Part shown: positions 9,086-19,178 of the stretch, in pieces
How positions within the stretch are numbered: position 1 is the stretch's first letter
How the letters are laid out: each line of letters starts with the position of its first letter
DNA from: a virus
Taxonomy: Duplodnaviria > Caudoviricetes
DNA: 55,516 nt
Reading direction: 5' to 3' (one strand)
IMG/VR virus record: IMGVR_UViG_3300042934_000707
Span: 1 to 55,516 of that record
The notes under the pieces: model-generated
Seen by the model: the letters and a program-made list of their open reading frames with translations, nothing else
What the model was told of the DNA's origin: nothing
The model's database searches: none
Position numbers and translations under genes: made by a program

Positions 9086-9114
9086 GTAATGTATTGCGGT
9101 AACTTTTTCGAATC
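9086..9114 (-). promoter_or_regulatory. Putative early promoter
   Basis: GATTC-N16-TACATTAC on -. Confidence 0.7.
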
Positions 9115-9116
9115 TT

Positions 9117-10406
9117 ATGACAGCTCCTCTAGCAATTACTCAACAGGCTCCCATTATGTCCACCGTTAAAACAGTCAAGTCCCTGTTCGACGAGTATTGC
9201 AGCCATTTACAGGTAGACGCCAAGTTTGCCTATCAACTGCAATCGTATCGCCAGAATTTCGCCAACAAGAACGAAGACCACGTGGCCTTCTTCGGTGGGC
9301 ACCTCATGGGCGTTCAAGAAGTCAAGTTCCTGCCCTCCGATAAAGCCGAGTGGTTCAACCACTTGCTAGACATCGACGAAGTCTCCCTTCAGGACGAACT
9401 GCTCACCCTGAAGACGCTGGTACCCGACCCCAAGAAAGTGCGCTTCGTGTCCACGGACGTGATGAACCTGTCTTGCCTGTGGTTGGTCCATGCGCTGTAC
9501 AACAGCAACATCCCGCAGCAGCAGAAGCACAACGCAATGGTCGATTGCCTGCTGACCTTGGAATACAAGTTCATCACCTCGATTCTGGCCTACTGGTTCC
9601 CGCACCGTGCTGACGAAGCGGTGGCCGTGGCCACTTACGCGCGTCTGACCAAGAAGTTCAAGTTGAAAGAAGTGGGCAGTTGGGGCGCCCTGCTGCTGTA
9701 CCTTGCCGAGCACATGCTGAGCGACAAGAGCCCGCACTTCAAGAACAAGACCTTCCAGCAGTTCACCGATGATTACAACATCATCTACATGGTCAACGAC
9801 ATTCAGGGCCGGATCAAGGACTACCTCAAGAACATCCGTGATGAGTTCGAGATCGTCCGTCGTGACCCAACGGCCCTCATCCGCACCAATAGCAACACCG
9901 TTACAATAGATGGAGAAGTATTAGTAAAAAACAAGCGCAATGTGTATTCGACGTACCGTCGCTACCTCAACGACGTCATGGCGGACAAGAACAGCTTCAT
10001 TATCAAGGAACTCTCCGAGATCGTGGTAGGCTCCATGCCCAAGCTGCCGTACGCCAACATGATCACTACGCTGGAATACATGGTGGCCAACTCCGGCCTC
10101 AAAGGCGACAAGAACGTAGCCAAGCTCACGGACTTGGTGCTGGAGCACTTGTTCGAGTTCATCTCCTCCAGTCGCGACACCGTCAACAGCCGGGACATCC
10201 CAACGCTGCTGTCCAAGCTGCGTAACCTGTACACGGCCAGCCGTGCAGCGAACCCCTTGCTGCTCGACATCCGTGACATCGGGGAGAAGGTCGTGCTTAA
10301 GGCTGTCAAGACCAAGAACTCGGCGCTGGTCTCCTCTATCCGCACAGGCGTGTTGCTTTACTTAGTCCTGCGTACCGTCACAATGTCTCACTACCGGAAG
10401 AACTGA
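9117..10406 (+). CDS. Conserved phiKZ-like virion structural protein (gp032-like); start may be 9156
   Basis: 429 aa; NKNEDH..FFGGHLMG motif recalled from the family; located next to the terminase module. Confidence 0.7.
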   Translation: MTAPLAITQQAPIMSTVKTVKSLFDEYCSHLQVDAKFAYQLQSYRQNFANKNEDHVAFFGGHLMGVQEVKFLPSDKAEWFNHLLDIDEVSLQDELLTLKTLVPDPKKVRFVSTDVMNLSCLWLVHALYNSNIPQQQKHNAMVDCLLTLEYKFITSILAYWFPHRADEAVAVATYARLTKKFKLKEVGSWGALLLYLAEHMLSDKSPHFKNKTFQQFTDDYNIIYMVNDIQGRIKDYLKNIRDEFEIVRRDPTALIRTNSNTVTIDGEVLVKNKRNVYSTYRRYLNDVMADKNSFIIKELSEIVVGSMPKLPYANMITTLEYMVANSGLKGDKNVAKLTDLVLEHLFEFISSSRDTVNSRDIPTLLSKLRNLYTASRAANPLLLDIRDIGEKVVLKAVKTKNSALVSSIRTGVLLYLVLRTVTMSHYRKN

Positions 10407-10407
10407 C

Positions 10408-11349
10408 ATGGAGAAGATCGACGCTGTCGCGCAACTGATCGAGATGCGCAAACACAACACCGTCGCCATGGAAGGACTGGCCACTGTTTACTCAGACACG
10501 CTGGCCAAGCTTCGGATGTGGTTACGGCAGACGGGCGGTGGGGCTATTCAGCGATTGAAGCGTCAGCCTTGGCAGGATGCGTCCTTTCGTAAGTTGGTCT
10601 TGGACACCTTGACCGACCCGGACGATGCCAAGCTGTACAAGTTCAATGAAAAGTGGAACGTGATCGAAGGGCCCAATGCAGGCTGGTTCACCATCGGCAA
10701 TAAGCCCTTGGCCAGTCTGCACAAGAACCAATTGATCGCGGCCATGAAAGATGAAGTCATGGAGTACCGCAAGTACATCGACTTCACCCAAACCACGTGC
10801 TTGAAGTACCTGGACTGGGCATTGAACGCCACACAGTCGATCCTGTTGGCTGATCATCGCGGTGTAGGGGCAGACTACGACAACTTGATCAAAGACCGTC
10901 CACAGACGGTCGCAGAGGCCCTTAAAGGCGATCAGGTGTACTGGGTAGGGTTTGCCAAGCCAGCCGCGCTGTCGGTGACCAAACAGTTCGGGGAAGAGGT
11001 GCTCACGATCGTGGACGTGCCAGTCAAGGCCGGTAAGTTCACCAACGTGCAAGTGCCGGGCATCACCCGCAATGAAGTCAGTGAGTTGGCCAGTATCTAC
11101 GCCCTGTACGACGCGGTGGTCGAAGACCTGAACGGCCTGTTTGAAAAGATGGACCGCCGGATCAAAAGCCTGAAGACCTACCGGGAGATTTCCAAGGTCG
11201 ACGAGGCGTATCACCGCATCATGACGGACATCGACCAAGAGATGCAGCTGTACTTCAACGTTGAGCTGTTCTCGGCGCTGTATTCACGTGCCGGTTCCAT
11301 CCAAGACGCGCTGGGCCAGTACCTGTATCAGAACATGCTTCACGACTAA
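10408..11349 (+). CDS. Putative internal head protein
   Basis: 313 aa, translationally coupled; N-terminal A-M-E protease motif. Confidence 0.65.
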   Translation: MEKIDAVAQLIEMRKHNTVAMEGLATVYSDTLAKLRMWLRQTGGGAIQRLKRQPWQDASFRKLVLDTLTDPDDAKLYKFNEKWNVIEGPNAGWFTIGNKPLASLHKNQLIAAMKDEVMEYRKYIDFTQTTCLKYLDWALNATQSILLADHRGVGADYDNLIKDRPQTVAEALKGDQVYWVGFAKPAALSVTKQFGEEVLTIVDVPVKAGKFTNVQVPGITRNEVSELASIYALYDAVVEDLNGLFEKMDRRIKSLKTYREISKVDEAYHRIMTDIDQEMQLYFNVELFSALYSRAGSIQDALGQYLYQNMLHD

Positions 11350-11395
11350 CGGCATACACCCCCAGAGCCGCAGTGGCTCTGGGGGTGTATGTTGT
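11349..11395. terminator. Bidirectional CATA/TATG-flanked hairpin
   Basis: Perfect 17-bp stem 11353-11369/11375-11391 between convergent genes. Confidence 0.75.
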
Positions 11396-13653
11396 CAGCG
11401 TACCATGACAGCTTTGCTCGAGGCGTGTGAGTTCCCCGAGTAGCCACCACTGCGATTCCCACTGCCGTACTTGTTCTGGCGCATGATCGTCGTTGCCGAA
11501 CGATTGCCCAAGTCGATTTCCCGACCCGGTCCCAAGTTGCGGTTGGTGAGATTGACCTTCTCGACCATGTCTTCCTTGATCTGGTCCAAGTTGGCAAACC
11601 GAGATGCGTCGAAGTTGGTGTCCAGCTTGTTGAAGACCAAGTCTATCTTCAGTTCCAACTTCTTCTGTTCCATGGAGTTCTTCGTGTTGGCCAGTTTCTC
11701 GGTCAACTCGTCCAGCTCCACACGCAGCTTCTCTTGATGGTTGTAACGCTGTTGCTCCACCCAGGTCAGCTTGTGCTCGGTCTCGTACACCCGACGCTTC
11801 ACGTTGGAGGTGTCGATGCCGTAGTGGTCCAAGTTCTGCGCGTACGTCAGGAACCAGTGCGCCATGAGCCACGAGATAACGTGGTCGTCGTGTCCGCTGG
11901 CTTCGTGGTCGATCCGCTTGTTCTTGGTCACCAGTTTGGCGATCTCGTTCTGAAGCTTCTTGTCGCGTACCAGTGAACCGGAACGCTTGGCCGCTTCCTG
12001 AATGATCGGACCGTACAGCATTTCCCGCAGAGGTCCGTTGGTTGGGAACCCGAACTCCTTACGGTACGAGCGGTAGTTGTCCCGATCCGCCTTAAAGGCC
12101 GAGTAGCGCCGACGCCCACCTTCCGATTCTTCCTTCTCATCAACGACACGCGAGTACAGACGCTCTGCTGGGTCCACGCCGTAGATAGGCAAGTGCAGCA
12201 GCAGGTAGTCCAGGATCGCAATCCACGTCGACTTCGCTTCACCGATCACGGTCAAGGTCGGATGACGGGCAATCAAACGCGCCAGCCATGCCGAGAAGTG
12301 TTGCAGGTTGGAATCGTTCACCGTCCAGACGCCCAGCACCTCCAGTGTACTGTTGTCCAAGATCACGCCGGTGATGTTGTCTCGACCGGTGGCGTTAGAG
12401 GTGTCAACCCCCATCGTCATTTCCCGGCCCAAGATGCCGTTCTTCACTTCGCGTTCAGGGATCTGCCAGCGGATGATGAACTTCTCTTTCTCGAACTTCT
12501 CCGAGTAGAGCGGCGGGGTGACGCTGTCGTGGATCTTACGCAGCAACTTCTTGGACAAGGGGTTACTCAAGGTACCCGAGGTCCATTCATTGAGGTAATC
12601 TCGACGCACTTCATCGCCAGTCTGACGCGATTCGGCAATCTTCGTACGCAGCCACTGGTCATCAAAGCCCAGTTGACGGTGGTTGAAGGTCCCGTTGATG
12701 AGCAAGGACTCTTTGTTCGTCGAGTTGGCCCGTACAGTGTCGTACAGGTCTTGCTGGTCCACGCTGTCGTAGAACAAGTCGTCCCACTCAGCGCCACTGG
12801 TCATCATCTTGTACGCGTACGCGCCTTCGGTCGAATCGAGCATCCCCGCCGTTGTGGTGAAGATGTTCCCGAATGGCAGGCCGTTACGTTTGGCTTCCTC
12901 ACGGGCCGCACCACCACCCGCGAGCATAACACCGAGGGAGATGTGCACGTTCTTCAGGAACGCGATTTCGTCCGTGTGGCTGTGGGGAACGGTCAGACCA
13001 CGACCCAGGTTCCGGGCAGCGTCTTCGTCTTTCTGAGGAATGTACACCACCATCCGGTTGCCTTGGGCAAGGTTGGTGAATTCCTTCTGGTTGTCGGTGT
13101 CCTTCTTGGTGATTCGTACCAAGTACTTGGGCAAGAGGGCCCGCAGTTTCTTAAGGCGGTCAATGTGCGCTTTAAACAGGTCACCCTTGGTGAACAAGTT
13201 AGAGCGGGCGTTTCGGGCACCGAACACTTGGTACCACACGCTGATTCCGTCAGAGTTCAGTGACTTACCGGTCTGACGAATCTGCACAAGGAAATAGTCG
13301 ATGTGGTTCAGGAAACTCCACCACAGCGAGATGTTGCCCCGGTTAGCAATCAGCGGGACCGGCACGTCACCCGCCGCAGGCGGTACGCGCATGATTTCAC
13401 GGATGAAGTACCACGGGTTGAACGTACATTCCACCCGGATGGCCAGCTTTTGCTCGGCCGTCAGGTTGGCTTCATCGAAGGGGTCAACGCCCTGAAGTTC
13501 AGGTTGCATCAACGCCAGCATAAACAGGTGGTTACGCACCCCCATGGATTTGAGCAGGGCAGAGAATTCCAAGAACGTCTCGTTCTTAGTCTTCGTGTCC
13601 CAGATCGCCGTGGGGTAACGGTCCCAGTCTTGGTCGAATAGAATCGTTTCCAT
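11395..13653 (-). CDS. terL: Terminase large subunit (phiKZ gp025-like)
   Basis: Walker A QIRQTGKS, Walker B HTDE, TTTAG coupling motif, nuclease GVDTS and GHDD. Confidence 0.93.
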   Translation of the reverse strand: METILFDQDWDRYPTAIWDTKTKNETFLEFSALLKSMGVRNHLFMLALMQPELQGVDPFDEANLTAEQKLAIRVECTFNPWYFIREIMRVPPAAGDVPVPLIANRGNISLWWSFLNHIDYFLVQIRQTGKSLNSDGISVWYQVFGARNARSNLFTKGDLFKAHIDRLKKLRALLPKYLVRITKKDTDNQKEFTNLAQGNRMVVYIPQKDEDAARNLGRGLTVPHSHTDEIAFLKNVHISLGVMLAGGGAAREEAKRNGLPFGNIFTTTAGMLDSTEGAYAYKMMTSGAEWDDLFYDSVDQQDLYDTVRANSTNKESLLINGTFNHRQLGFDDQWLRTKIAESRQTGDEVRRDYLNEWTSGTLSNPLSKKLLRKIHDSVTPPLYSEKFEKEKFIIRWQIPEREVKNGILGREMTMGVDTSNATGRDNITGVILDNSTLEVLGVWTVNDSNLQHFSAWLARLIARHPTLTVIGEAKSTWIAILDYLLLHLPIYGVDPAERLYSRVVDEKEESEGGRRRYSAFKADRDNYRSYRKEFGFPTNGPLREMLYGPIIQEAAKRSGSLVRDKKLQNEIAKLVTKNKRIDHEASGHDDHVISWLMAHWFLTYAQNLDHYGIDTSNVKRRVYETEHKLTWVEQQRYNHQEKLRVELDELTEKLANTKNSMEQKKLELKIDLVFNKLDTNFDASRFANLDQIKEDMVEKVNLTNRNLGPGREIDLGNRSATTIMRQNKYGSGNRSGGYSGNSHASSKAVMVR

Positions 13654-13699
13654 GAATAATCAACGGGAGCCTTGCGGCCCCCGCTGCCCATGCTGAGGG

Positions 13700-15439
13700 T
13701 TAGTTGCTCTGTTCCACAGCCAAGCCCGTGACACCCAGTTCCAGACGGGTGTTGGACGTGTCGCGAATCCAGCGGATGTAGACGGTCTCGCCGATAGCCA
13801 CGTCGTTCAGGATTGCAAACTCCTGATTCCACTGGCTCAGCGCGAACTCGTACTCGCGTCCTTTGGTTTGGATGATGAAGTGAGTCGGCAGTGGTGCTTG
13901 GACTTCACTGGTGTCATCAAACAGAGGGTTGACAGCGTAGAACACTTTGTTCAGCCAGTCGGTGACGTTGGCCGCGCCATTGGACACGGTCAGGTACGAC
14001 AGGTTGACGTTGACAAAGCGGTTGCTGGCCTTGACGCCATCGCCGTAGAACACGGCCATGGTGGAGTCCAACTTGACTTGCCACTTGGTGCCCTTTTCGA
14101 TACCGGACTGGTTGAGCACGATCTCGCACGATTGCACGTGACGGTGACTGGTAAAGGTCGGATCGACTTTGCTCAGTTCCACAGCAAACTTCAGGCGCTG
14201 ACGGTTGCTGTACAGCTGACCGTCGAACAGCATGGATTCGTCCGGTGCTTCCACCACGTTGCGAGGCAAGCGGTAGTAGACGTCGCGGTCGATGCTGTAG
14301 AGCCAGAAGTCCAAGTCGTAGCGACTGGCGGCGGTGTTCCAGGTTGGGTAGATGTACAGCTTCATGCTGTACGCGTTGTCCACTGGACCGGCCTTGATGC
14401 TGTACGGTTCGGTGATGAAGCCGTTCTCGGTCACGCCGTGTTCCAACGAGGTTTCGTCATCGGACAGGCGATAGGCGAGGGTCAACTTCTTCGGGTAACC
14501 CTGAATGGTCGGGTCAAACCACTGAAGCCCGTGCAGGCTCATCTTGCCCTTGCCATCCAACGTGATCGGCACGTCAACGACTTCGCCGGTGTTGTAACGC
14601 ACCTGAGAAGAGATCGCCAGCGTTTTGATGTCAGCGTTGATGGGCACGATCAACATGGTCGGATCGGAGTCAGACAGGAACGGGCTGACCACCTCGATCG
14701 ACCTGACCGCTTTAAGGCCTGCTTCCGAACGTCGCACCAGTGCAGTGTTCTGCACCAGCATGGTCGCATGAGACAACGGACCCGCAGCACCGTAAAGCAC
14801 AACGGTCACAGGTTCACCGTCCACGATCGCCCGGTTGGTGTTACCAGCTTTTGGGGCCCAGATCGCCTTATTGTTGATGTCGTCAGTGGCCACCAGTTCC
14901 AACGGGATGTTCTCCCCCTTGAACTCTTCGGACTCGGTGAAGTACGAACTGATCACTTCGCCGGTGACTTCGCTGATGTCGGTACCCATGAACACTTTGT
15001 AGTGGCTGGCATCGGAGCGGTACAGGTGCAGTCGCCCGTCCACTTGCAACGAGTACGGCATTTGACGGGTGTCAATGTACACACGCCACGTTTCCGATTG
15101 AGCGCCTGTGCCCACACCGAGCAACACGTCCACAGCCACGCCGGTGTCGCTGGCAGGTTGCAGGGTCCACGGGATCGATTTGCTCAAGCCGGTGGTAATG
15201 TCGATGGTAGTGACACGGCGGAACCCGGTAGCCCAGTCCACGATCATGTCGTCGACATTAGGGCACCAGTGACCTGTGCCGGTTTTACCGGTAAAGATTT
15301 CGCTGATGTTCCAGACCTTGAAACCCCGGTTCAAATCGGAATAACCGATGTCTGGGATCTCAGTCGTCTCGACCAGCAGCGTCGTGCCGTTGGAGGCGAC
15401 GAGTGCGGTGTTATTGGCGGTATCAACCATGTGTATCAA
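13700..15439 (-). CDS. Virion structural/baseplate-region protein (phiKZ gp026-like)
   Basis: 579 aa, beta-rich; synteny terL-026-027-028-sheath. Confidence 0.75.
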   Translation of the reverse strand: MIHMVDTANNTALVASNGTTLLVETTEIPDIGYSDLNRGFKVWNISEIFTGKTGTGHWCPNVDDMIVDWATGFRRVTTIDITTGLSKSIPWTLQPASDTGVAVDVLLGVGTGAQSETWRVYIDTRQMPYSLQVDGRLHLYRSDASHYKVFMGTDISEVTGEVISSYFTESEEFKGENIPLELVATDDINNKAIWAPKAGNTNRAIVDGEPVTVVLYGAAGPLSHATMLVQNTALVRRSEAGLKAVRSIEVVSPFLSDSDPTMLIVPINADIKTLAISSQVRYNTGEVVDVPITLDGKGKMSLHGLQWFDPTIQGYPKKLTLAYRLSDDETSLEHGVTENGFITEPYSIKAGPVDNAYSMKLYIYPTWNTAASRYDLDFWLYSIDRDVYYRLPRNVVEAPDESMLFDGQLYSNRQRLKFAVELSKVDPTFTSHRHVQSCEIVLNQSGIEKGTKWQVKLDSTMAVFYGDGVKASNRFVNVNLSYLTVSNGAANVTDWLNKVFYAVNPLFDDTSEVQAPLPTHFIIQTKGREYEFALSQWNQEFAILNDVAIGETVYIRWIRDTSNTRLELGVTGLAVEQSN

Positions 15440-15480
15440 TCACGGGGGTGCTGCCCCCGTGCTCCATGTAATCGTCGGAC

Positions 15481-18048
15481 TTACGACAGAGGTCGGATCG
15501 AGATGAACGGACTGATGTTGACTTTGTCTTTCAAGTAGATCTTGACGACGCGGCGCAGGAAGTTGTACTGGTACAGACCCAAGACGAAGGTCTCGTACGA
15601 CTCGTGTGGGTGCACGTTGATGTAGTCGTTGTTGACAAACTTCGCAGTAGGTTCGTACGGGAGCAACCATTCATAGTCAGCGCACAATGATTTCACGTGG
15701 GCATCGTTGTACTGAGCATTGTCGATCTCGGATTCAGGGATGTACCCGGCGTCCAAGTCGTGCATGATCTTGCTGATGAACGGACTGTACAGCACGTGCG
15801 GACCAGGGATGATGTTTGGCCCATCAAGGACCACCTCACCCATCTTCTCGGTCATGAAGTTTTCGATCTGCTCGTCGGTAGCCTGAGCCAATGCACGCAT
15901 GGCGTACGTGTCTTCAAGCGTGGCCCCACGCAGCGGGATGACCGGCTCGAGCACCTGGTACGGCGCACCGTTAGCCACACCGGGCAACATGACACCGGGA
16001 CGGTCTTCGGTCCAGTTCAGTTCGCTGGTGGAGTACAGACGACCGGCAGCAGTCACACGGACCACTTTGTCATCACGCAGGTTCCAGCGGTTGTTGCGAG
16101 ACAGGTAACCCTGTTCCACGAAACCAAACTCTTCCTGTTTGATGCGGCTCATGTCGCTGTTGCAGAAGCCCGACCCACGAACCGTGATGCGGTTGGCGGT
16201 GGTGTCTCGGTTACGCCACACCTTGTTGACGATGCAGATCTCTTTACCCACCATGAACCAGTCAAGGTTCTCGATCAATGGGTGACCGTTGAGCCAGATT
16301 TCCAGCAGGCCTACTGGGATTTCCACCAAGTTGGTCAGCAATGCACCTTCGTGACGGATCTCGTCGATGTTCAACGAGAAACGCAGCAACCCATCAGGGT
16401 AGTTCAAGGTCAAGTCGTACGTCAGGAAGCTGTCGTCCATCTTGATCGCGGTGAACGTCTGCTTGCGGTTGACCGACCAAACGATCTGACCGCCTACGAT
16501 GTTGTACTTGGTCGTGTCACCAGTGACATCTTTCCAGTTGCCGTCGGGAATGCCGTTGACAATCGGGCAGGTGTACAACCGGTAATTGATGCCCGCAGGC
16601 ACCGGACCGTCTTCGCCGTAGATCGTGGAGGTGGTCTTGCCACCTTTACCAATGAAGGCTTCCACGTAACGAGCGTTCTGGTTACGCGCCACGTACCACT
16701 GCACGTTCACGTTCGGGTGCCAGTCAATCAGCAGACCCGCAGCGTCGTACTCGTACACGGTGGACTCACCACGCAGACCAAACGGCAGTTCGACCCAACG
16801 GTTGACGTCGGTGATGATCTGCGGCGTATCGGCAAGCAGCTTACTGATGGCGTTGTAGCCGTAGGCTTGCTCAACCATGGTGCGGGTCACCTTACCTGCG
16901 TACGCACGCATCAGGGCAGTGTACATCGACTCTTCGAGCGACGCGGCTTTCCAGACATCGACGTTGGCATCAGTCCCGATGACCGCTTCCATCCAATCGT
17001 TCTCTGAGAGCTTATACAGCTCCCGGATGTGATGGGCTTCGTCGATGAGCAACTTGTCCATCCCGGAGTGACGCAAGATCAACTGGACGGTCAACACGTT
17101 CGACAGGCCCAGATCCGGGTTGCTCGAACTGAAGCGTTCCACGTAAGCCGTCGGGATCGAATAGTCACGGTGGGTGACCATGCGCATGGAGTCTTCCGCG
17201 TTCTTGTGGAAGTACACGCCTTTGTACGTGTTGACGTTGGCCCGGTTGATCAAGAAGATGTCTTGATCGTCCCGGTACTCGATCAGGTCATCGCCATTTT
17301 TGGGACGGTGGATCAGGTACTTCTGCTTGGCATCAAGCGTCGACAGAAAGAGCGGCAAGGAGCGCACTTCAAATTCCAAGATCTCCCGGATCGAGGAGTC
17401 GCGCACGATCTCCACCAAGTCGCCGCGTTTAACCGTGGCGGTGTTGATGCTCTGCACTTTCCAACCGTTGATGAAGGCAAAGCACTTGCCCGACTTCATC
17501 TGAATGTCACGCCACACACGAGAAATCGAGCTGATGCTGTCGGTCGTGGTTGGAATGACAAAACGGTACTCAATGCCTTCTTGAGCGTCGTCTTCATCTT
17601 CACGGTTGAAGTAGGCGTTGGAGTAGAAGCGGAAGTACAGCTTCTCACTGCCAAAGTCGCCGATCTGAGTGGTGGCCTTGACTGCAATGTTCAGGTTGCC
17701 ATCGGGCGTGGCCAACAGGTAGACGCGTTCACGAGGAACCATGCGTCCGCCTTCAGTGTACACGTCGATGATCAGGTCTTGATTGACCATCTCAACACTG
17801 GCCGCTGTCCAGACGTAATCGGTCAGGTTCAAGCCCAAGTTTTCGTAGATGATCGGACCGACCTGATACACGTGGTACCACTCGCCTTGGGTCGGTAACT
17901 CGTACCGGGTCCAGAGCAAGTCGACACTGCCACGAACCCCGATGGGTTTGCTGATGCGTGCAGGGCAGAAACGAAACTGTCTGTCCTGCTCAGGGGCGCA
18001 CCACACCCGGTTGTAAGCGTCGTTAATCAAAAAGTCATCGGAGGTCAT
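15481..18048 (-). CDS. Virion structural/baseplate protein (phiKZ gp027-like)
   Basis: 855 aa; N-terminal VWCAPEQDRQ motif typical of the family; synteny. Confidence 0.8.
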   Translation of the reverse strand: MTSDDFLINDAYNRVWCAPEQDRQFRFCPARISKPIGVRGSVDLLWTRYELPTQGEWYHVYQVGPIIYENLGLNLTDYVWTAASVEMVNQDLIIDVYTEGGRMVPRERVYLLATPDGNLNIAVKATTQIGDFGSEKLYFRFYSNAYFNREDEDDAQEGIEYRFVIPTTTDSISSISRVWRDIQMKSGKCFAFINGWKVQSINTATVKRGDLVEIVRDSSIREILEFEVRSLPLFLSTLDAKQKYLIHRPKNGDDLIEYRDDQDIFLINRANVNTYKGVYFHKNAEDSMRMVTHRDYSIPTAYVERFSSSNPDLGLSNVLTVQLILRHSGMDKLLIDEAHHIRELYKLSENDWMEAVIGTDANVDVWKAASLEESMYTALMRAYAGKVTRTMVEQAYGYNAISKLLADTPQIITDVNRWVELPFGLRGESTVYEYDAAGLLIDWHPNVNVQWYVARNQNARYVEAFIGKGGKTTSTIYGEDGPVPAGINYRLYTCPIVNGIPDGNWKDVTGDTTKYNIVGGQIVWSVNRKQTFTAIKMDDSFLTYDLTLNYPDGLLRFSLNIDEIRHEGALLTNLVEIPVGLLEIWLNGHPLIENLDWFMVGKEICIVNKVWRNRDTTANRITVRGSGFCNSDMSRIKQEEFGFVEQGYLSRNNRWNLRDDKVVRVTAAGRLYSTSELNWTEDRPGVMLPGVANGAPYQVLEPVIPLRGATLEDTYAMRALAQATDEQIENFMTEKMGEVVLDGPNIIPGPHVLYSPFISKIMHDLDAGYIPESEIDNAQYNDAHVKSLCADYEWLLPYEPTAKFVNNDYINVHPHESYETFVLGLYQYNFLRRVVKIYLKDKVNISPFISIRPLS

Positions 18049-18072
18049 GGACTCACCTTTAAATGCTAAGCG

Positions 18073-19014
18073 TTACTTGCCTGCCGGGTAACGGTTCCGA
18101 CCTACCAGCACAGACAACGCTTGGGAATATTTCTTGCCGATGTCACCGGTGTCGAAACGCTCAACCAAACGACCGAGGCTCGAACGGCGGAAGACCTTGG
18201 AGTTGCTGGCTGCTTCAACGAGGGCCAAGAAGATAGCCGGGTATTCGAGCGAGGCTGCGATCACATCTTCCGAACCAAAGCCCATCCACGACTTGTTCAA
18301 GGTCATGACGATGAGGGCGTTGTTCAGCAGCGACACACGGGTGTTTTGAGCGAAGACTTGCTTGACCACTTCGATGTAGTCAGGCAGCGAACCCATGTAA
18401 GAGCAGCTCTCAACCATGGTAGCCACGGTGGCTACCGGAGCACGGGTCCAGCGCTGAACCAGCTTGGTGATAGTGCCCTTGCCACGCGGCGATGTAGCTT
18501 CTGCTTCATCATGGTATAGATGGGCGTAATAAATTCCCGTCAGAATCTGAAGCACTTGGGCAGTGGCTTCATCGAGACTCAGGTTCCGAGAAGCGGCTCC
18601 GCTGATCCAAGCGATGAAGACGGAAGCAGGCATGTCACTGGTACGCATCAGGTCCAAACGGGTCGCTTCATGCTGCACCCAATACGCCGTCAGCTCTGCC
18701 ATGCGGATGCTGAAATCGTACTGCGTTTGGTTGTTGACAATCTGGCCACCGGCCTGATTCAAATCCTTCTTCATGAAGGAGCGGCCGTCAATGAACACGG
18801 CGTCGGAGTTGGCTGCTTTACGGTCGCCCAACTCATGGCGGGTAACCGGAATGTTGAACACCGGGACCTTGGCTGCATGAGGAGAAACGATCAAGACATT
18901 GTCGCCTTCAGGGACAATGCCACGACCGCCTGCTTGTGCAAGCATCAGTTCGCTGACCAGCTCAGTGGTGAGGTGTTGTTTGAAACTTGTCGCTTTCCAG
19001 GGACTGTCGATCAT
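18073..19014 (-). CDS. Virion structural protein (phiKZ gp028-like)
   Basis: 313 aa, divergent from sheath; synteny. Confidence 0.7.
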   Translation of the reverse strand: MIDSPWKATSFKQHLTTELVSELMLAQAGGRGIVPEGDNVLIVSPHAAKVPVFNIPVTRHELGDRKAANSDAVFIDGRSFMKKDLNQAGGQIVNNQTQYDFSIRMAELTAYWVQHEATRLDLMRTSDMPASVFIAWISGAASRNLSLDEATAQVLQILTGIYYAHLYHDEAEATSPRGKGTITKLVQRWTRAPVATVATMVESCSYMGSLPDYIEVVKQVFAQNTRVSLLNNALIVMTLNKSWMGFGSEDVIAASLEYPAIFLALVEAASNSKVFRRSSLGRLVERFDTGDIGKKYSQALSVLVGRNRYPAGK

Positions 19015-19178
19015 TTGCTAAACCTCTTAAGCCAGAGCCTAGTAAAAAAATACAAAATAGTATGTGGTGGTGGTATCGATTTCCCGATTACCGTTTTGCC
19101 TACTTAAACAGTAGGTGCGGGCCATACCATTCGTAACTTCACGCGCGAAGTTGATATTTTTCCCATGGGAGACATGAA

